A stretch of 64,000 bases of DNA from Candidatus Poribacteria bacterium (GCA_965208325.1 OZ242326.1:3200001-3264000), one strand, 5' to 3'; positions 30,958 through 41,870 are shown, counted from the stretch's first letter. Translations and numbers: made by a program. Notes: generated from the letters alone by a model not told the origin.

Positions 30958-30972
30958 TGGCATATTTATTGC
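30958..30972 (+). promoter_or_regulatory. Sigma54 (-24/-12) promoter of amtB-glnK
   Basis: TGGCATATTTATTGC (GG-N10-GC) upstream of nitrogen-regulated genes. Confidence 0.75.
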
Positions 30973-31203
30973 GTAATTGCCCATGATAGCACAGTCCGTA
31001 GATCTTGCGGGAGCGGGGAGGGTTGGTTAAAAACTCGGCTTATGCTTTAAATTTAAGCGCTAGGAAACGTCTTACGATAGTAAATTCACGATTTGAGGGT
31101 GACCATCAGGCGCCTCATATTCATATGTAGTTCGCCGCCGTCAAAGCGAAGGATCGTACAAAAAAATACAAATCTTGCTTAAAATGAAAGGGGAAACTCC
31201 AAA

Positions 31204-32571
31204 ATGAAAAAGTTGCTGATGAGCTGTTCCCGGATATGGGTTGCCGTTCTGGTTTTCACACTCCTTCTAAGTGTGAACGCTTTTGCGTTGAACGGAAAGG
31301 TGGATGGCGAAGAGATTGACAGTTCAAAGTATATTGCCGACACACTCTGGGTATTGATCGCTGCATTTCTGGTTTTCTTTATGCAGGCGGGTTTTGCGAT
31401 GGTGGAAGCCGGATTCACCCGTGCAAAGAATGCTGTCAATATCTTGATGAAAAATTTAATTGATTTCTCAATGGGCTCGATTGCATATTGGGCAATCGGA
31501 TTCGCGATTATGTTCGGCGCTGGCGGATGGTTCATGGGATTTAGCGGTTGGTTTGTCCCATCAGAAACCGATGCTTTCAGTTCTCTAGAATGGTCGTCTG
31601 TCCCAACGCACGCCGCATGGCTGTTTCAACTGGTTTTCGCCGCAACCGCAGCAACAATCGTTTCCGGTGCGATGGCGGAGCGCACCAGATTCAGGAGCTA
31701 TTTGGTATATAGCGTTTTCATCACCGGTATTATCTACCCCATTGTTGGGCATTGGATTTGGGGCGGCGGATGGCTGTCAAACCTGGGAATGTTAGATTTT
31801 GCCGGATCGACGGTTGTCCATTCAACAGGCGGCTGGCTTGCCTTAATGGGAGCCATTGTATTGGGCGCTCGTACCGGCAAATTCAATGGCAACGGCAGAC
31901 CGCGCGTGATTGCAGGGCACAACCTCCCGCTGGCGGCATTGGGTGTGTTTATTTTGTGGCTGGGTTGGTTCGGATTCAATCCTGGGAGCCAAATGGCGGC
32001 GGACGCGAGCGCTATCGCCTTGATCGCAGTTACCACAAACATAGCGGCAGCAGCCGGCGCGATTGCTAGCATGATTACCGCTTGGGTACGGCTTGGAAAA
32101 CCCGATGCCGGTATGGCGCTCAACGGCGCCTTGGCGGGACTAGTTGCCATTACTGCCCCATGTGCGTTTGTCGAACCGTGGGCGGCAGTGGTAATCGGTG
32201 CAATCGCAGGCGTTGTTGTCGTATTCTCAGTCCTGCTGTTGGAAAGCCTAAAGGTCGATGACCCCGTTGGAGCAATCTCCGTTCACGGTACTTGCGGTGC
32301 GTTGGGAACGATATTACTTGGTGTGTTCCACAACGAACAAGGACTTCTGTACGCGGTAGACAAGGGGGCAGCCCTCAAATTCCTCGGCGTTCAAGCCCTC
32401 GGAGTTATCGCTGTTCTTGTGTGGTGCGTGATTACAGGATATATCTTGTTTTCCACCATCAAAGTGGTCGTTGGTTTACGCGTTAGCCAAGAAGAAGAGA
32501 TGGAAGGTCTGGATTTACGTGAACACGGTGCAAGTGCCTACCCGGACTTTTCGGTATCGTCCATGCGTTAG
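31204..32571 (+). CDS. amtB: Ammonium transporter
   Basis: FMQAGFAMVEAG, FQLVFA, DFAGSTVVH, WFGFNPGS, DDPVGAISVHG motifs. Confidence 0.97.
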   Translation: MKKLLMSCSRIWVAVLVFTLLLSVNAFALNGKVDGEEIDSSKYIADTLWVLIAAFLVFFMQAGFAMVEAGFTRAKNAVNILMKNLIDFSMGSIAYWAIGFAIMFGAGGWFMGFSGWFVPSETDAFSSLEWSSVPTHAAWLFQLVFAATAATIVSGAMAERTRFRSYLVYSVFITGIIYPIVGHWIWGGGWLSNLGMLDFAGSTVVHSTGGWLALMGAIVLGARTGKFNGNGRPRVIAGHNLPLAALGVFILWLGWFGFNPGSQMAADASAIALIAVTTNIAAAAGAIASMITAWVRLGKPDAGMALNGALAGLVAITAPCAFVEPWAAVVIGAIAGVVVVFSVLLLESLKVDDPVGAISVHGTCGALGTILLGVFHNEQGLLYAVDKGAALKFLGVQALGVIAVLVWCVITGYILFSTIKVVVGLRVSQEEEMEGLDLREHGASAYPDFSVSSMR

Positions 32572-32648
32572 CAAAAACATGAATCGTATTGAGGGAATAG
32601 GATTATGGCTTGTCATCAATCCTTAAACCTAGTCCCCTCAATACTTGA

Positions 32649-33023
<375 letters not shown>

Positions 33024-33108
33024 CCTGAGTTTGATATATTGTTAGATCGCGTTTGTCAAATACTGCACCTTAGCGTCATAACCAATTCAAGTTTCGACGC
33101 AGACAAGT

Positions 33109-33158
33109 AAAAACGTCCATTTGCGGGAGAGTTATATTCGCCGATGGACGTTTTTTTT
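33109..33158 (+). terminator. Intrinsic terminator, probably bidirectional
   Basis: AAAAACGTCCAT...ATGGACGTTTTTTTT between convergent genes. Confidence 0.75.
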
Positions 33159-33233
33159 GCAACTGAATGCGTGGACGCAATCACCCCGCGCCGCGCTTAA
33201 AATCGACGCCAAGATTGCGGTTGATTGGTGGTG

Positions 33234-36149
33234 TTAATTGACGAAGATGTCCTCTAGCGTGATTTCAACCACTTTTCCGATAGTTGTAAACTGCTCAATA
33301 TCCATCTTGTTCTGGTCACCCACAATAGAAATGAGTTTGTGTCGGTTTTGTAGGTGTTCTTTATGAAATGCGAGCATCAGGTCAATCTTGGATTCTTGAA
33401 TTTGTTCAAATCGCCATTTTCGCGGATCAATCGGCACCTCTAGTCGTTCCCATGAACGCACGGCACCGATAACGTCGCGGAAGCCGAGTTTCGCGGTGCG
33501 ATAGCGGTTCAGTATAGAATGGCGCGCCTCATCGAAACGTTCCGGCGATTGAGGAAGGTTGTCAATCAGATCGATGAAAGCGGCAACAGCTACGGGCGTT
33601 TTATCCGCTTGGCAGGCAATATATCCCCACATTGTATTTTGGTCGCCCTTACGGCGGCCGGTAGCGTATCGGGCATGTGTTGCATAAGCGAGCGCGCGGG
33701 CTTCGCGCAATTCCTGGAAGACAATCCCCGCCATCCCGCCGGCAAAGTAGGCGTTGTAAAGTTGGAGTGCTGGATTGTCAGCTTCGTTGTAGTCGTCCCC
33801 CCCAAACTCGATATCCACCTGCGACTGCGCCATCTCTTTTTGAAAGATGAAGATTTCGGTCTTTTCTGGGAGACGGGCTTTAAGAAAATGGTAGGGCGGG
33901 GGCGTTTGAAGCGCGCCCATTATGGAATGGCGCTTTTTTAGGGCGCCCATCACTTCTTCCAGCGATAACGAACCCACATAACTAATGGTGTGTTCGTAGT
34001 TCAGGAGATTTTTAATCTCATTGTGAAGTTCATCTACTGTCAGTCTCCGCACGGCTTCACCAGGGAGCATACGCAAATAGCGAGAGTCTTTGCCATAACG
34101 GTTGTAATGCAGAAGGGCGCGGCGTATGGCGCGGTAGTTTTTCTTGGCATCTTCTCGGTTAGTCAAAATAATTCTGATGAGTTCTTCCAACGTCGTTGCA
34201 TCAGCGGTTGGATGCTTTAGATGGTCGAGTAGCATTTTGAGAGATTCGCCGAAATTCTCGTCAAGACCTGAAATGGTAATTGTCGTTTCGTGGTCGCCAA
34301 CGTCAATGCTGAAGTCGGTTCCCAGTTTGTACCGTTCCTTTTTCAAATCTTCGGCGCTATACGCTGAAGCGCCAGATTTGTCGAGCAGTTGCGCGGCGAT
34401 GCTCAACTTGTTATTTTGTCGGCTGCCGAGGTCAACGGAAATCGTGAAGGAAAACAGGTCGTTGACTGGATTCTGAGCGTAATAGAGTTTGACACCGTCC
34501 TGATAGTTTGTGATTTGATAGTCCTTATCCGAAACAAAGACTGGTTCAATTTCTTTAACCGGCATAGATAAGATCTGTTTGGCAAAAGCGGACTGTCTAG
34601 TAGGGTCAATCTTAATGGTGTCGATTTGCGGTTTTTCGATGGATGGGACTTCATGCTGTTCGTCCACACGATAGCCCGCAACGTAGTCGCCGCCGAAATA
34701 TCGGTTGGCAACCGCGGCGAGTTGCTGTTTTGTTAGTTCTTCCATGCGTGCGATTTCACCGACGGCGTCATCCCAGTCCTGAAAAGCCAAAAAAGCATCT
34801 CGCATCATCGCGGCCCTTGAACGGTTCGACTCCAATTGCGCCTTCTGATGTTTCTTAAAGTCGGTCACAATTGCTGGCACCAACCACGCTTCGAACTCGC
34901 CCTTTTTGATTAATTCAATCTGCTCAAGCAGCAATTTTTCAACCGTTTCGAGAGACTGCCCCTCTTTCGGAATGCCCCACAGATATTGCGCACCATCGTC
35001 GTTATCCATGCTAGGATACGAACCCGCTTGCCGCACTCTCTGCGCCTGATTTAGGTTTAGGTTTATCAAGCCGGCGGTCGCATTATCCAAAATCATGTCA
35101 ATTAGTTTCAGGGCTTCCGCGTCCGCATGGTTGCGGCTCGCTGTCCGGAACGCTATCAGGACATATTCCTCTCCCTCGTACTTAACGGTTACGCGCTCTG
35201 CGCCCTTAAGCGGCAGTTCTTTCCACTCGTTCGCTTCAGGCAGCTTTTTTGGCTGCCATCGTGAAAAATGTTCGTCGATCATTCGGATAGTTTCCTCGGC
35301 ATTGATGTCTCCGGAGATGTGAATTGCCATGTTATTGGGCACATAATAGGTATGGTAGAATTCGTACATCTTCTTTAGAGATGGATTCTTCAGGTGTTCG
35401 GCGGAACCGAGGGTTGTTTGTTGCCCGTAAGGGTGATTTTTATAGAGCAACCGCTTGACGGCTTCGCTAATGATACGGCGTTTGTTGTCCATTGACCGGT
35501 TCTTTTCCTCATAGACCGTTTCCAACTCGGTCTGAAAGAGGCGAAAGACCGGCTCAATAAAGCGATCGGATTCAATCATCATCCACTGATGAAGCCGGTT
35601 CGCAGGCAGGTCTACCGAATACACGGTTTCCTCCACCCATGTATGTGCATTGACGCGCCGTCCGCCCATCGCTTTGTATAGCTTGTCAAGTTCGTTGGGG
35701 ATGCCGTATTGCGCCGCGAGTTGAGATGCTTGATTTATTTCAGCGTACATTTCCATGCGCTTGTCCGAATCGGTTTCATGGTAGTGTGCTTCGTAGAGAT
35801 CGGTAATTCTGTCTAGATGCAGTTTCTCTTTTTCGTAGTCGAGCGTGCCAAAATTACGGGAGCCTTTAAAGAGCATGTGCTCCAGATAGTGGGCGATACC
35901 GGTCGCTTCAGCCGGATCATGCTTGCTCCCCGCACGCACTGAAATCTCTGCGTAGAAACGCGGCTCCTCACTGTTTTCAGTAAGATAAACTGTTAAACCG
36001 TTATCCAATTGGTAAATTTGGACAGCCATCAAATCAGCGGGGTTGGGTTCATTGATGCGCCTATATCCCGCCCAGCTCGTGGATACGGTCAAGCTCAAAA
36101 TTAAAACTGAAAAAAATATTTTGCACAAGACCTGTTTTTTGTTATGCAT
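33234..36149 (-). CDS. Secreted M16 family (insulinase/PqqL-like) zinc peptidase
   Basis: Signal peptide; GSKHDP...TGIAHYLEHMLFKG (HxxEH); NAHT; second inactive half with FQELREARALAY. Confidence 0.93.
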   Translation of the reverse strand: MHNKKQVLCKIFFSVLILSLTVSTSWAGYRRINEPNPADLMAVQIYQLDNGLTVYLTENSEEPRFYAEISVRAGSKHDPAEATGIAHYLEHMLFKGSRNFGTLDYEKEKLHLDRITDLYEAHYHETDSDKRMEMYAEINQASQLAAQYGIPNELDKLYKAMGGRRVNAHTWVEETVYSVDLPANRLHQWMMIESDRFIEPVFRLFQTELETVYEEKNRSMDNKRRIISEAVKRLLYKNHPYGQQTTLGSAEHLKNPSLKKMYEFYHTYYVPNNMAIHISGDINAEETIRMIDEHFSRWQPKKLPEANEWKELPLKGAERVTVKYEGEEYVLIAFRTASRNHADAEALKLIDMILDNATAGLINLNLNQAQRVRQAGSYPSMDNDDGAQYLWGIPKEGQSLETVEKLLLEQIELIKKGEFEAWLVPAIVTDFKKHQKAQLESNRSRAAMMRDAFLAFQDWDDAVGEIARMEELTKQQLAAVANRYFGGDYVAGYRVDEQHEVPSIEKPQIDTIKIDPTRQSAFAKQILSMPVKEIEPVFVSDKDYQITNYQDGVKLYYAQNPVNDLFSFTISVDLGSRQNNKLSIAAQLLDKSGASAYSAEDLKKERYKLGTDFSIDVGDHETTITISGLDENFGESLKMLLDHLKHPTADATTLEELIRIILTNREDAKKNYRAIRRALLHYNRYGKDSRYLRMLPGEAVRRLTVDELHNEIKNLLNYEHTISYVGSLSLEEVMGALKKRHSIMGALQTPPPYHFLKARLPEKTEIFIFQKEMAQSQVDIEFGGDDYNEADNPALQLYNAYFAGGMAGIVFQELREARALAYATHARYATGRRKGDQNTMWGYIACQADKTPVAVAAFIDLIDNLPQSPERFDEARHSILNRYRTAKLGFRDVIGAVRSWERLEVPIDPRKWRFEQIQESKIDLMLAFHKEHLQNRHKLISIVGDQNKMDIEQFTTIGKVVEITLEDIFVN

Positions 36150-36213
36150 GTTTTGGGTTCCTTTCGTCAGGTTTTATGAAAATCTCGACATTGCTATTTT
36201 ATCTCCAACTGTC

Positions 36214-37302
36214 TTAATAAACCCCCACGACAACCGACTCCTGAAGGTCGGAAAGCAAGCGGAGGTTTCGCACGCCGCCCCACGGATATTGATCGATGGG
36301 TTCAGCCCGTTCGGCTTCGTCTCTTTCCAAAAAGCGCGGCATAAAAAACTCTCGAGTCAACGTCGTCAACATGACCCGTCCGGTTTTCCCGTAATCGACG
36401 GGTTCTTCGGGGTTGTCGCGGTTGACCAATTCAATCACAGCGCGCGGTTGTGGAGGATAGTAGATAATCGCATAGTTGTCAGCAGGGTCAAACGGTTTGC
36501 AGCACGCCAATCCCATGAGTGTGTTTCCGTAAGTCGGGACGAAATCGATCCCTGGTACCAACTCTTCACGGGCAAAACGGTGAAACTGCGCATCCATTTC
36601 CGTACCTCCGCAAAATATACCCTTGATGCCAATCTTTTGCAAAGAAATCTTCTCGCATAGCGCTTCAAGGAGTTTGGGAGTCGTAAATAGGCACTGGATA
36701 TTTTCATGAGCCCTCAAAATATTCAACGCCTGATTGATGACATGGTCTTTGTAGGCGTCCAATTCTTGGTACTTCCCGTACTTAATCAACCTGTTCACCC
36801 ATCGCGGGTCCAGATCCACCATAAAACAGATGCCGCCACGGAGTTGAGCCAAATACTCAACAGCAAGGCGCAGCCGTCTCGGTCCGGAAGGCCCCAGCAT
36901 CAACCAATCGCTCCCTCTTGGAAAGCTCTCATCGGATAGGGTTTCACTAAAGATTTCGTAATCAATCTGAAAATCACGGATGTTGATGCGCGATTTGGGG
37001 ACGCCGGTGGAACCGCCCGTCTCAAAAACGTACACCGGTTCCTTCGCATACGCTTTTGGAACCCATTGCCGAACTGGCCCGCCGCGCAGCCATTCGTCTT
37101 GAAAATGCCCGAGAATTTTTAAGTCGTCAAAATCGCCAATTTCTTTGCGCGGGTCAAAACCGAGTTTACTCGCAAAATCTAGCCAGAATGGAGCGCCGGT
37201 CTCCGGACTGAAATGCCATTGCACAATTTCTCGAACGTGGTCGTCCAGTTGCCGGCGTGCCGTTGCGATTTTTTTAGACAGAGAAGCCTTTGAGTTTTCC
37301 AT
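36214..37302 (-). CDS. EhpF-like / phenylacetate-CoA-ligase-like adenylating enzyme
   Basis: WHFSPETGAPFW, ETGGSTGVPK (AMP-binding loop), YGNTL, FLERD. Confidence 0.7.
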   Translation of the reverse strand: MENSKASLSKKIATARRQLDDHVREIVQWHFSPETGAPFWLDFASKLGFDPRKEIGDFDDLKILGHFQDEWLRGGPVRQWVPKAYAKEPVYVFETGGSTGVPKSRINIRDFQIDYEIFSETLSDESFPRGSDWLMLGPSGPRRLRLAVEYLAQLRGGICFMVDLDPRWVNRLIKYGKYQELDAYKDHVINQALNILRAHENIQCLFTTPKLLEALCEKISLQKIGIKGIFCGGTEMDAQFHRFAREELVPGIDFVPTYGNTLMGLACCKPFDPADNYAIIYYPPQPRAVIELVNRDNPEEPVDYGKTGRVMLTTLTREFFMPRFLERDEAERAEPIDQYPWGGVRNLRLLSDLQESVVVGVY

Positions 37303-37590
37303 GCCTATCCTTTCTCATATCAATCAACACAAGGAGAGATTATCTAGATTAGGCAATAAAAATACCTTGCTACAAAAGGCGTAAAAATCAACTCATCCTT
37401 GGTTATCTCGACGCTTGGAAGTTTCTATTGACACCTCATCGTTTCGTGTGCTAAACTTGAAAATTGCCTGCGGACGGTCCGTTCCTTATCGAAGCGTGTC
37501 GGTTGATGCGCCATTCCTTTCGCTATTATCACGTTTGGGATCCAGCCAGTGCTCATGCCGCCTCGTTGCGGCAGGCTAGAAGGTACTAGA

Positions 37591-38241
37591 ATGCAAAAAG
37601 AGTTAAAACTATCTGAAGATGAACTTCCACTCTTTCCGCTGCACGTTGTGTTGTTTCCCGGTGCTATACTTCCCCTTCACATTTTTGAGCAGAGGTATCG
37701 ATTGATGATTCAATTCTGCTTGGATAACGAACGTCAGTTCGGGGTTGTTCTCATCAAGGAAGGCCACGAGGTTGGAGACCCTGCCGAACCCTTTCTCGTT
37801 GGCACATCTGTGGAAATTGTCGAAGTGGATCGGCTGCAAGACGGTCGAATGAACCTAATAACCCTTGGAAAGTACCGTTTCGAAGTCTTGGATATTACAC
37901 AATATGAGCCGTATTTGGTCGGCAAAGTCAGCGTACCGGATATCGCGGATGTTGAGGCGGACGAAAAACAGCAATCGCTTGCGGCGAAAGCCGGCAATTT
38001 GTACCAAGACTATGAATCCCTGTTGGAGAAACTGATACCGGGCTGGGAGAAACCGCAAGACATTCCGTCGTCACCGCCCCCTTTGTCATACCAGATTGGT
38101 GCAAGACTTCAAATCCCTTTGGAAGAAACACAGCAGTTGCTGGAAACGCTGCCAATTGATGAGCTTTTGACTCGCGAAATCGAGATTCTTGAACGAGAGA
38201 ACCGACAATTAAAAATCAGAATAATTGCTCAAAGCAACTAA
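37591..38241 (+). CDS. Stand-alone Lon N-terminal (substrate-binding) domain protein
   Basis: LPLFPL-x-VVLFPG-x-x-LPLHIFE-x-RY-x-x-M; no ATPase domain. Confidence 0.9.
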   Translation: MQKELKLSEDELPLFPLHVVLFPGAILPLHIFEQRYRLMIQFCLDNERQFGVVLIKEGHEVGDPAEPFLVGTSVEIVEVDRLQDGRMNLITLGKYRFEVLDITQYEPYLVGKVSVPDIADVEADEKQQSLAAKAGNLYQDYESLLEKLIPGWEKPQDIPSSPPPLSYQIGARLQIPLEETQQLLETLPIDELLTREIEILERENRQLKIRIIAQSN

Positions 38242-38337
38242 AGCCGTATCTCCATCCGAATTATTGCTTGCCCCGGTGTTGAATTCTAGGAGTTCGCTGA
38301 CCGGGACGTATGCCAATTCAGAGTAGAAGATAAACCC

Positions 38338-38982
38338 ATGCACCGCCTCTTAAGTTCAAACGAAACCATCGACACAACTACAGTTCAAATCAACGTGCGG
38401 CACTTTTTTTATGTCAGCAACGTGTTGTCCGTAGCGAGAATTGGGCTTATCCCGTTCATCGTTTACAGCATCATCCGGCACCAATATTTGATGACGCTGG
38501 TCATAGGGGGTCTGGCTATCATCTCTGACCTGCTTGACGGCTACCTTGCCCGGCGGTTGAACCAACAGTCGGACCTCGGAAAAATTTTGGACCCGATCGC
38601 CGACAAATTGGTAATCGGTGTGGTGATTCTCGCGCTGGTTCTATCGGATCGAAAATTTCCGCTGTGGGCGTTTGCGATTGTCATCGTCCGCGACTGTCTA
38701 ATCGTTGTTGGAAACATGATTGTGTTCCGCCGCAGGAGAATCATAACGAGATCCAATCGATGGGGCAAATGCACGAGTTTCGTTCTTTCAACAGCTCTGA
38801 TGCTTTACGTTTTTAATGAATATATTCCCAATCCAATTCCGTTCTATGTGCTAACCATCGGATTGGTGTTAGCGTTGATTTCAGCCTGGAGCTATGGCAA
38901 ACGCTGGTTGTATCTTATGCAGTTAAGTAATTCGCCCCAGCCAGTAGAAACTATTAACCCCAACAAGTCCCCCTCCGCTTAG
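38338..38982 (+). CDS. CDP-alcohol phosphatidyltransferase (PgsA-like)
   Basis: SDLLDGYLARRLNQQSDLGKILDPIADK signature. Confidence 0.92.
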   Translation: MHRLLSSNETIDTTTVQINVRHFFYVSNVLSVARIGLIPFIVYSIIRHQYLMTLVIGGLAIISDLLDGYLARRLNQQSDLGKILDPIADKLVIGVVILALVLSDRKFPLWAFAIVIVRDCLIVVGNMIVFRRRRIITRSNRWGKCTSFVLSTALMLYVFNEYIPNPIPFYVLTIGLVLALISAWSYGKRWLYLMQLSNSPQPVETINPNKSPSA

Positions 38983-39004
38983 CGCGAAAAGGAAGAATCG
39001 TCGA

Positions 39005-39487
39005 ATGCCAACTACAGTCACTGTAGCTGAGATTGCGGATCTGATTGGTGTCGAAGACACCATTATCAGGAGAACTATCGAACGACGTGACGACGATCTT
39101 CAACCCTATTTGCATGAAGACCCTGAATACAACGCCCAAAACCAATCCGATACAGATTCGCCGGTTTCCGAGGTGCCAACACCTCTGCTGGATTTAGAAG
39201 GGCTGCCGCTTCTAATTACCAAACTTTCCTTTAATATTCCCACATTGGACATTATCGAAAACCTTGCCTGCCAAGTGTTGCACCTCACAGTCCTGCGAGA
39301 GGAAAAGACAGACCTCACGAGTAAAAACCGAGAACTGCAAGGTCAAAATGCCGAACTTCAAACGCGTATCAACGATTTACAGCATCAGGTCTCGGAACTG
39401 CAAGGGGAATTAACCCGGCAAGCGGAGATGCAATCTCGTAGTTGGATTCAGAAACTTTTCAATCGCCCCAATTCTGAGGGTTCTTGA
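39005..39487 (+). CDS. Hypothetical protein with N-terminal HTH-like region and C-terminal coiled coil
   Basis: TVAEIADLIGV...IRRTI; heptad-rich tail ending SWIQKLF. Confidence 0.75.
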   Translation: MPTTVTVAEIADLIGVEDTIIRRTIERRDDDLQPYLHEDPEYNAQNQSDTDSPVSEVPTPLLDLEGLPLLITKLSFNIPTLDIIENLACQVLHLTVLREEKTDLTSKNRELQGQNAELQTRINDLQHQVSELQGELTRQAEMQSRSWIQKLFNRPNSEGS

Positions 39488-39588
39488 AGTTTTCACCTGT
39501 CGTTGAAGCGGCTTTTCCCCGTACCCGTATCGTCCAATTATAGCATAGTTCACTCAGCTTATCCATACTATTGGAATCCTCGCCGTAG

Positions 39589-40296
39589 ATGAAGAATCGC
39601 AATCAAATCGCCGCCCTTGCAGCGGTAATTATCGGTTTGGTATTTCTCTATCAGCCGCGTTATATTCTGCTCAAGGGGATTGCGTTGCTGCTTTTAACCC
39701 TCGCTGCAATCTTGTCAGCGACCTCCTTTTCCAAAAAACGAATTGTCGAAGGCATCGCTGCAATTAGCCTTGGCGCCGGATTCATTTTTCTTTATCTGCC
39801 GGTATCAAAGGACACGCCCATCCTCTCAACCCTACACGGGTCAGCGTTTCATCTCCTGTTCGCCAGCGCTATCGCGTTCGGTATGACAACTCGCCTGAAA
39901 AAATTAGCGGCAATCGCCGCCGCGATAATCGCCATTATTGGACTGGTGTTCCTATATCAACCTTACGTATTTCTGTTCACGCTGGACATGCCGGAGGAAT
40001 TCTATTCGCTCAGACAGTTGCAAGATGCGATTCGTAACGAAGGTCACCAACTAAAAGGCCGTCTTTTCCAATTTTCCCTCCTTCTCAAGGATTCCGCTCT
40101 TCATTTGATGCTGGCAGGTATGATTGTAGTTGCGGTTGTTTCGCCGCGGAAGGTGTTAATCGAGCGCATGTCACTTGGCGGGATTACACTCGGGTTGGTC
40201 TTTCTCTGTCAACCGTTTTGGATCTTGCTCTATCAAACCGGCTTCCAGATTCTATTGGGCGGGTTAACGGCATTCATCGTCGTCGCGCACCGGTAG
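39589..40296 (+). CDS. Hypothetical integral membrane protein with internal repeats
   Basis: Multiple TM helices with recurring GLVFL(Y/C)QP. Confidence 0.8.
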   Translation: MKNRNQIAALAAVIIGLVFLYQPRYILLKGIALLLLTLAAILSATSFSKKRIVEGIAAISLGAGFIFLYLPVSKDTPILSTLHGSAFHLLFASAIAFGMTTRLKKLAAIAAAIIAIIGLVFLYQPYVFLFTLDMPEEFYSLRQLQDAIRNEGHQLKGRLFQFSLLLKDSALHLMLAGMIVVAVVSPRKVLIERMSLGGITLGLVFLCQPFWILLYQTGFQILLGGLTAFIVVAHR

Positions 40297-40626
40297 GATT
40301 AGCGAACAAGTGGACAATATCACGCATACCCAGAGCATTCCACAGTTCAATGAGGGATGCCCTCTCAACGTGGGGAGTGTGACGAATGCGACCTACGACC
40401 TCCCCGCAGTCGCCCTTGCCAAAAAGCGCTTGTTGACAAAGGGCCGACTTCACTTACAATTTCCAATGCCGCGGTAAATCCAATCGCCAAACACACAGCT
40501 CGCGACACCATCGCATTGAGACATTAAAAACTCACGGTAGGGCATCGAACAGTCCAATCGAACCATCATTACGGATACGCTGTCTTATCAAATTTTATTC
40601 TAACTCAATCTGTGGAGGAATTTGCG

Positions 40627-40833
40627 ATGAGAGTTAAGCGGTCTACTGGTATAAAAAGAATTACAATCTTCTGCACAATTATTTTCCCTATCCTTTTTTT
40701 GATATTGAATGCGTCATTGGCACGAGATCCTGGTGCTAGCGTGGGGTTCACAATCCCGTTGGCGATTCTGCCATTATTCGTGTACAAGGTGGGATATTGG
40801 ATAGCGGACGGATTTCGACGGGACAAAGAGTAA
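40627..40833 (+). CDS. Small two-TM membrane protein
   Basis: GGAGGA RBS; two hydrophobic helices ending WIADGF. Confidence 0.6.
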   Translation: MRVKRSTGIKRITIFCTIIFPILFLILNASLARDPGASVGFTIPLAILPLFVYKVGYWIADGFRRDKE

Positions 40834-40914
40834 AAGCCATCATTAGCCGTCACATGATATGGAGCAGGCATGCTGTTTCGCTATTCACTCAGTTGATCGC
40901 TCTACCCAACCTAC

Positions 40915-41136
40915 AGGATCTTTTTTGCCTCTCTTCCTTGGCGGGATGGCGTTAAAGAATTTGTCGTGGTGTTTACCGAACCGTTTCCTCACGATTTCGG
41001 GAAACTTGAAAAAGGTGAACACTCCGAGCGACTAGAAGCAGGCAACTTCGATATCGCCGCCGCTGAAGTTCTCTTTAACGATTAAATCGATTTGCTCCTT
41101 GACGGTTAAGCCGTCAAGCGCCGTTTTTATATCCAT
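40915..41136 (-). pseudogene. Probable N-terminal fragment of a terminase large subunit
   Basis: ATG overlaps the end of the DUF2280-like gene; in-frame TAG at 41032-41034, then SLGVFTFFKFPEIVRKRFGKHHDKFFNAIPPRKRGKK runs into a REP-like repeat. Confidence 0.4.
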
Positions 41137-41731
41137 GATATTCGCCTTCAGTTCGGTCAGAATCCGCATTGAGCGACGTATTTTCCTCGGCTGCCGGCAG
41201 CGGAATACTGGGGCTGTTTTCGGGGTAAAGTTGCCTCCACTCATCGCGGAGCTGCTCTAGAGGTTCGCGGTCGCCGGTGGACGTTGAATCTTTGTTGTTT
41301 TCGGTCGGGCCGGCGATTGGTTGCAAGGCTTTGTACATGTCCGATAGTGTCCTCAAGAATGCGATTATGTCTTTGGGGGCACTCAATTCCATCGGCAAAA
41401 TTTTGGTTGATTTTACAATTTCCGATTGCTTCAAATACACGTCAAACATTAGCTCGGCGGCATGTCCGGAGGCGGCTTCAATGAGTTGGTCTCGGTGTGC
41501 CCTAAAGTGCCCTTTTGTGCCCTCAAACCGGAGTTTCCATTTTTTTGAAAACTTTACATGGTACGGGTTGCACGTCCGGATTGCGTCTTTTATTTGATAC
41601 CTCGGCGCAACATTCCAGTGCGGGTGGGTTGAAAGTAGATAATCAATGACGCGGGTCGTGGAGAAGCCGATTGCGTATAAATCGACAACGTCCGTGCGTT
41701 CTTCGTCCGTCAGTTTAATTTTTGCAGCCAT
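41114..41731 (-). CDS. DUF2280-like protein (phage terminase small subunit-like)
   Basis: AGGAG RBS; N-terminal L...E...VV..YA...S...V and NP....FSKKW...F..T...F pattern resembling DUF2280. Confidence 0.6.
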   Translation of the reverse strand: MAAKIKLTDEERTDVVDLYAIGFSTTRVIDYLLSTHPHWNVAPRYQIKDAIRTCNPYHVKFSKKWKLRFEGTKGHFRAHRDQLIEAASGHAAELMFDVYLKQSEIVKSTKILPMELSAPKDIIAFLRTLSDMYKALQPIAGPTENNKDSTSTGDREPLEQLRDEWRQLYPENSPSIPLPAAEENTSLNADSDRTEGEYHGYKNGA

Positions 41732-41831
41732 TTTACGCTCCTTAAGATTCAGTGGTAGGATTGAGAATCGAGGCTAGGAAGCCTTTCCCACAATCCAGTG
41801 AATAAAATTTTGGTTGCAACGACCACCGATC

Positions 41832-41870
41832 AAAAAAAAAGCGAGGGTGGACGCCGTACAGCGCCCTCGC
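41832..41870 (-). terminator. Intrinsic terminator upstream of the DUF2280-like gene
   Basis: Minus strand GCGAGGG...CCCTCGC followed by 9 T. Confidence 0.7.

Noticed and set aside
40433..40480. tRNA or att site after a TTGACA-16-TACAAT promoter-like sequence
   Set aside because: GCCGCGGTA resembles a tRNA 5' end, but no D-arm, T-arm or acceptor pairing follows, and no matching att repeat was found at the other end of the island.
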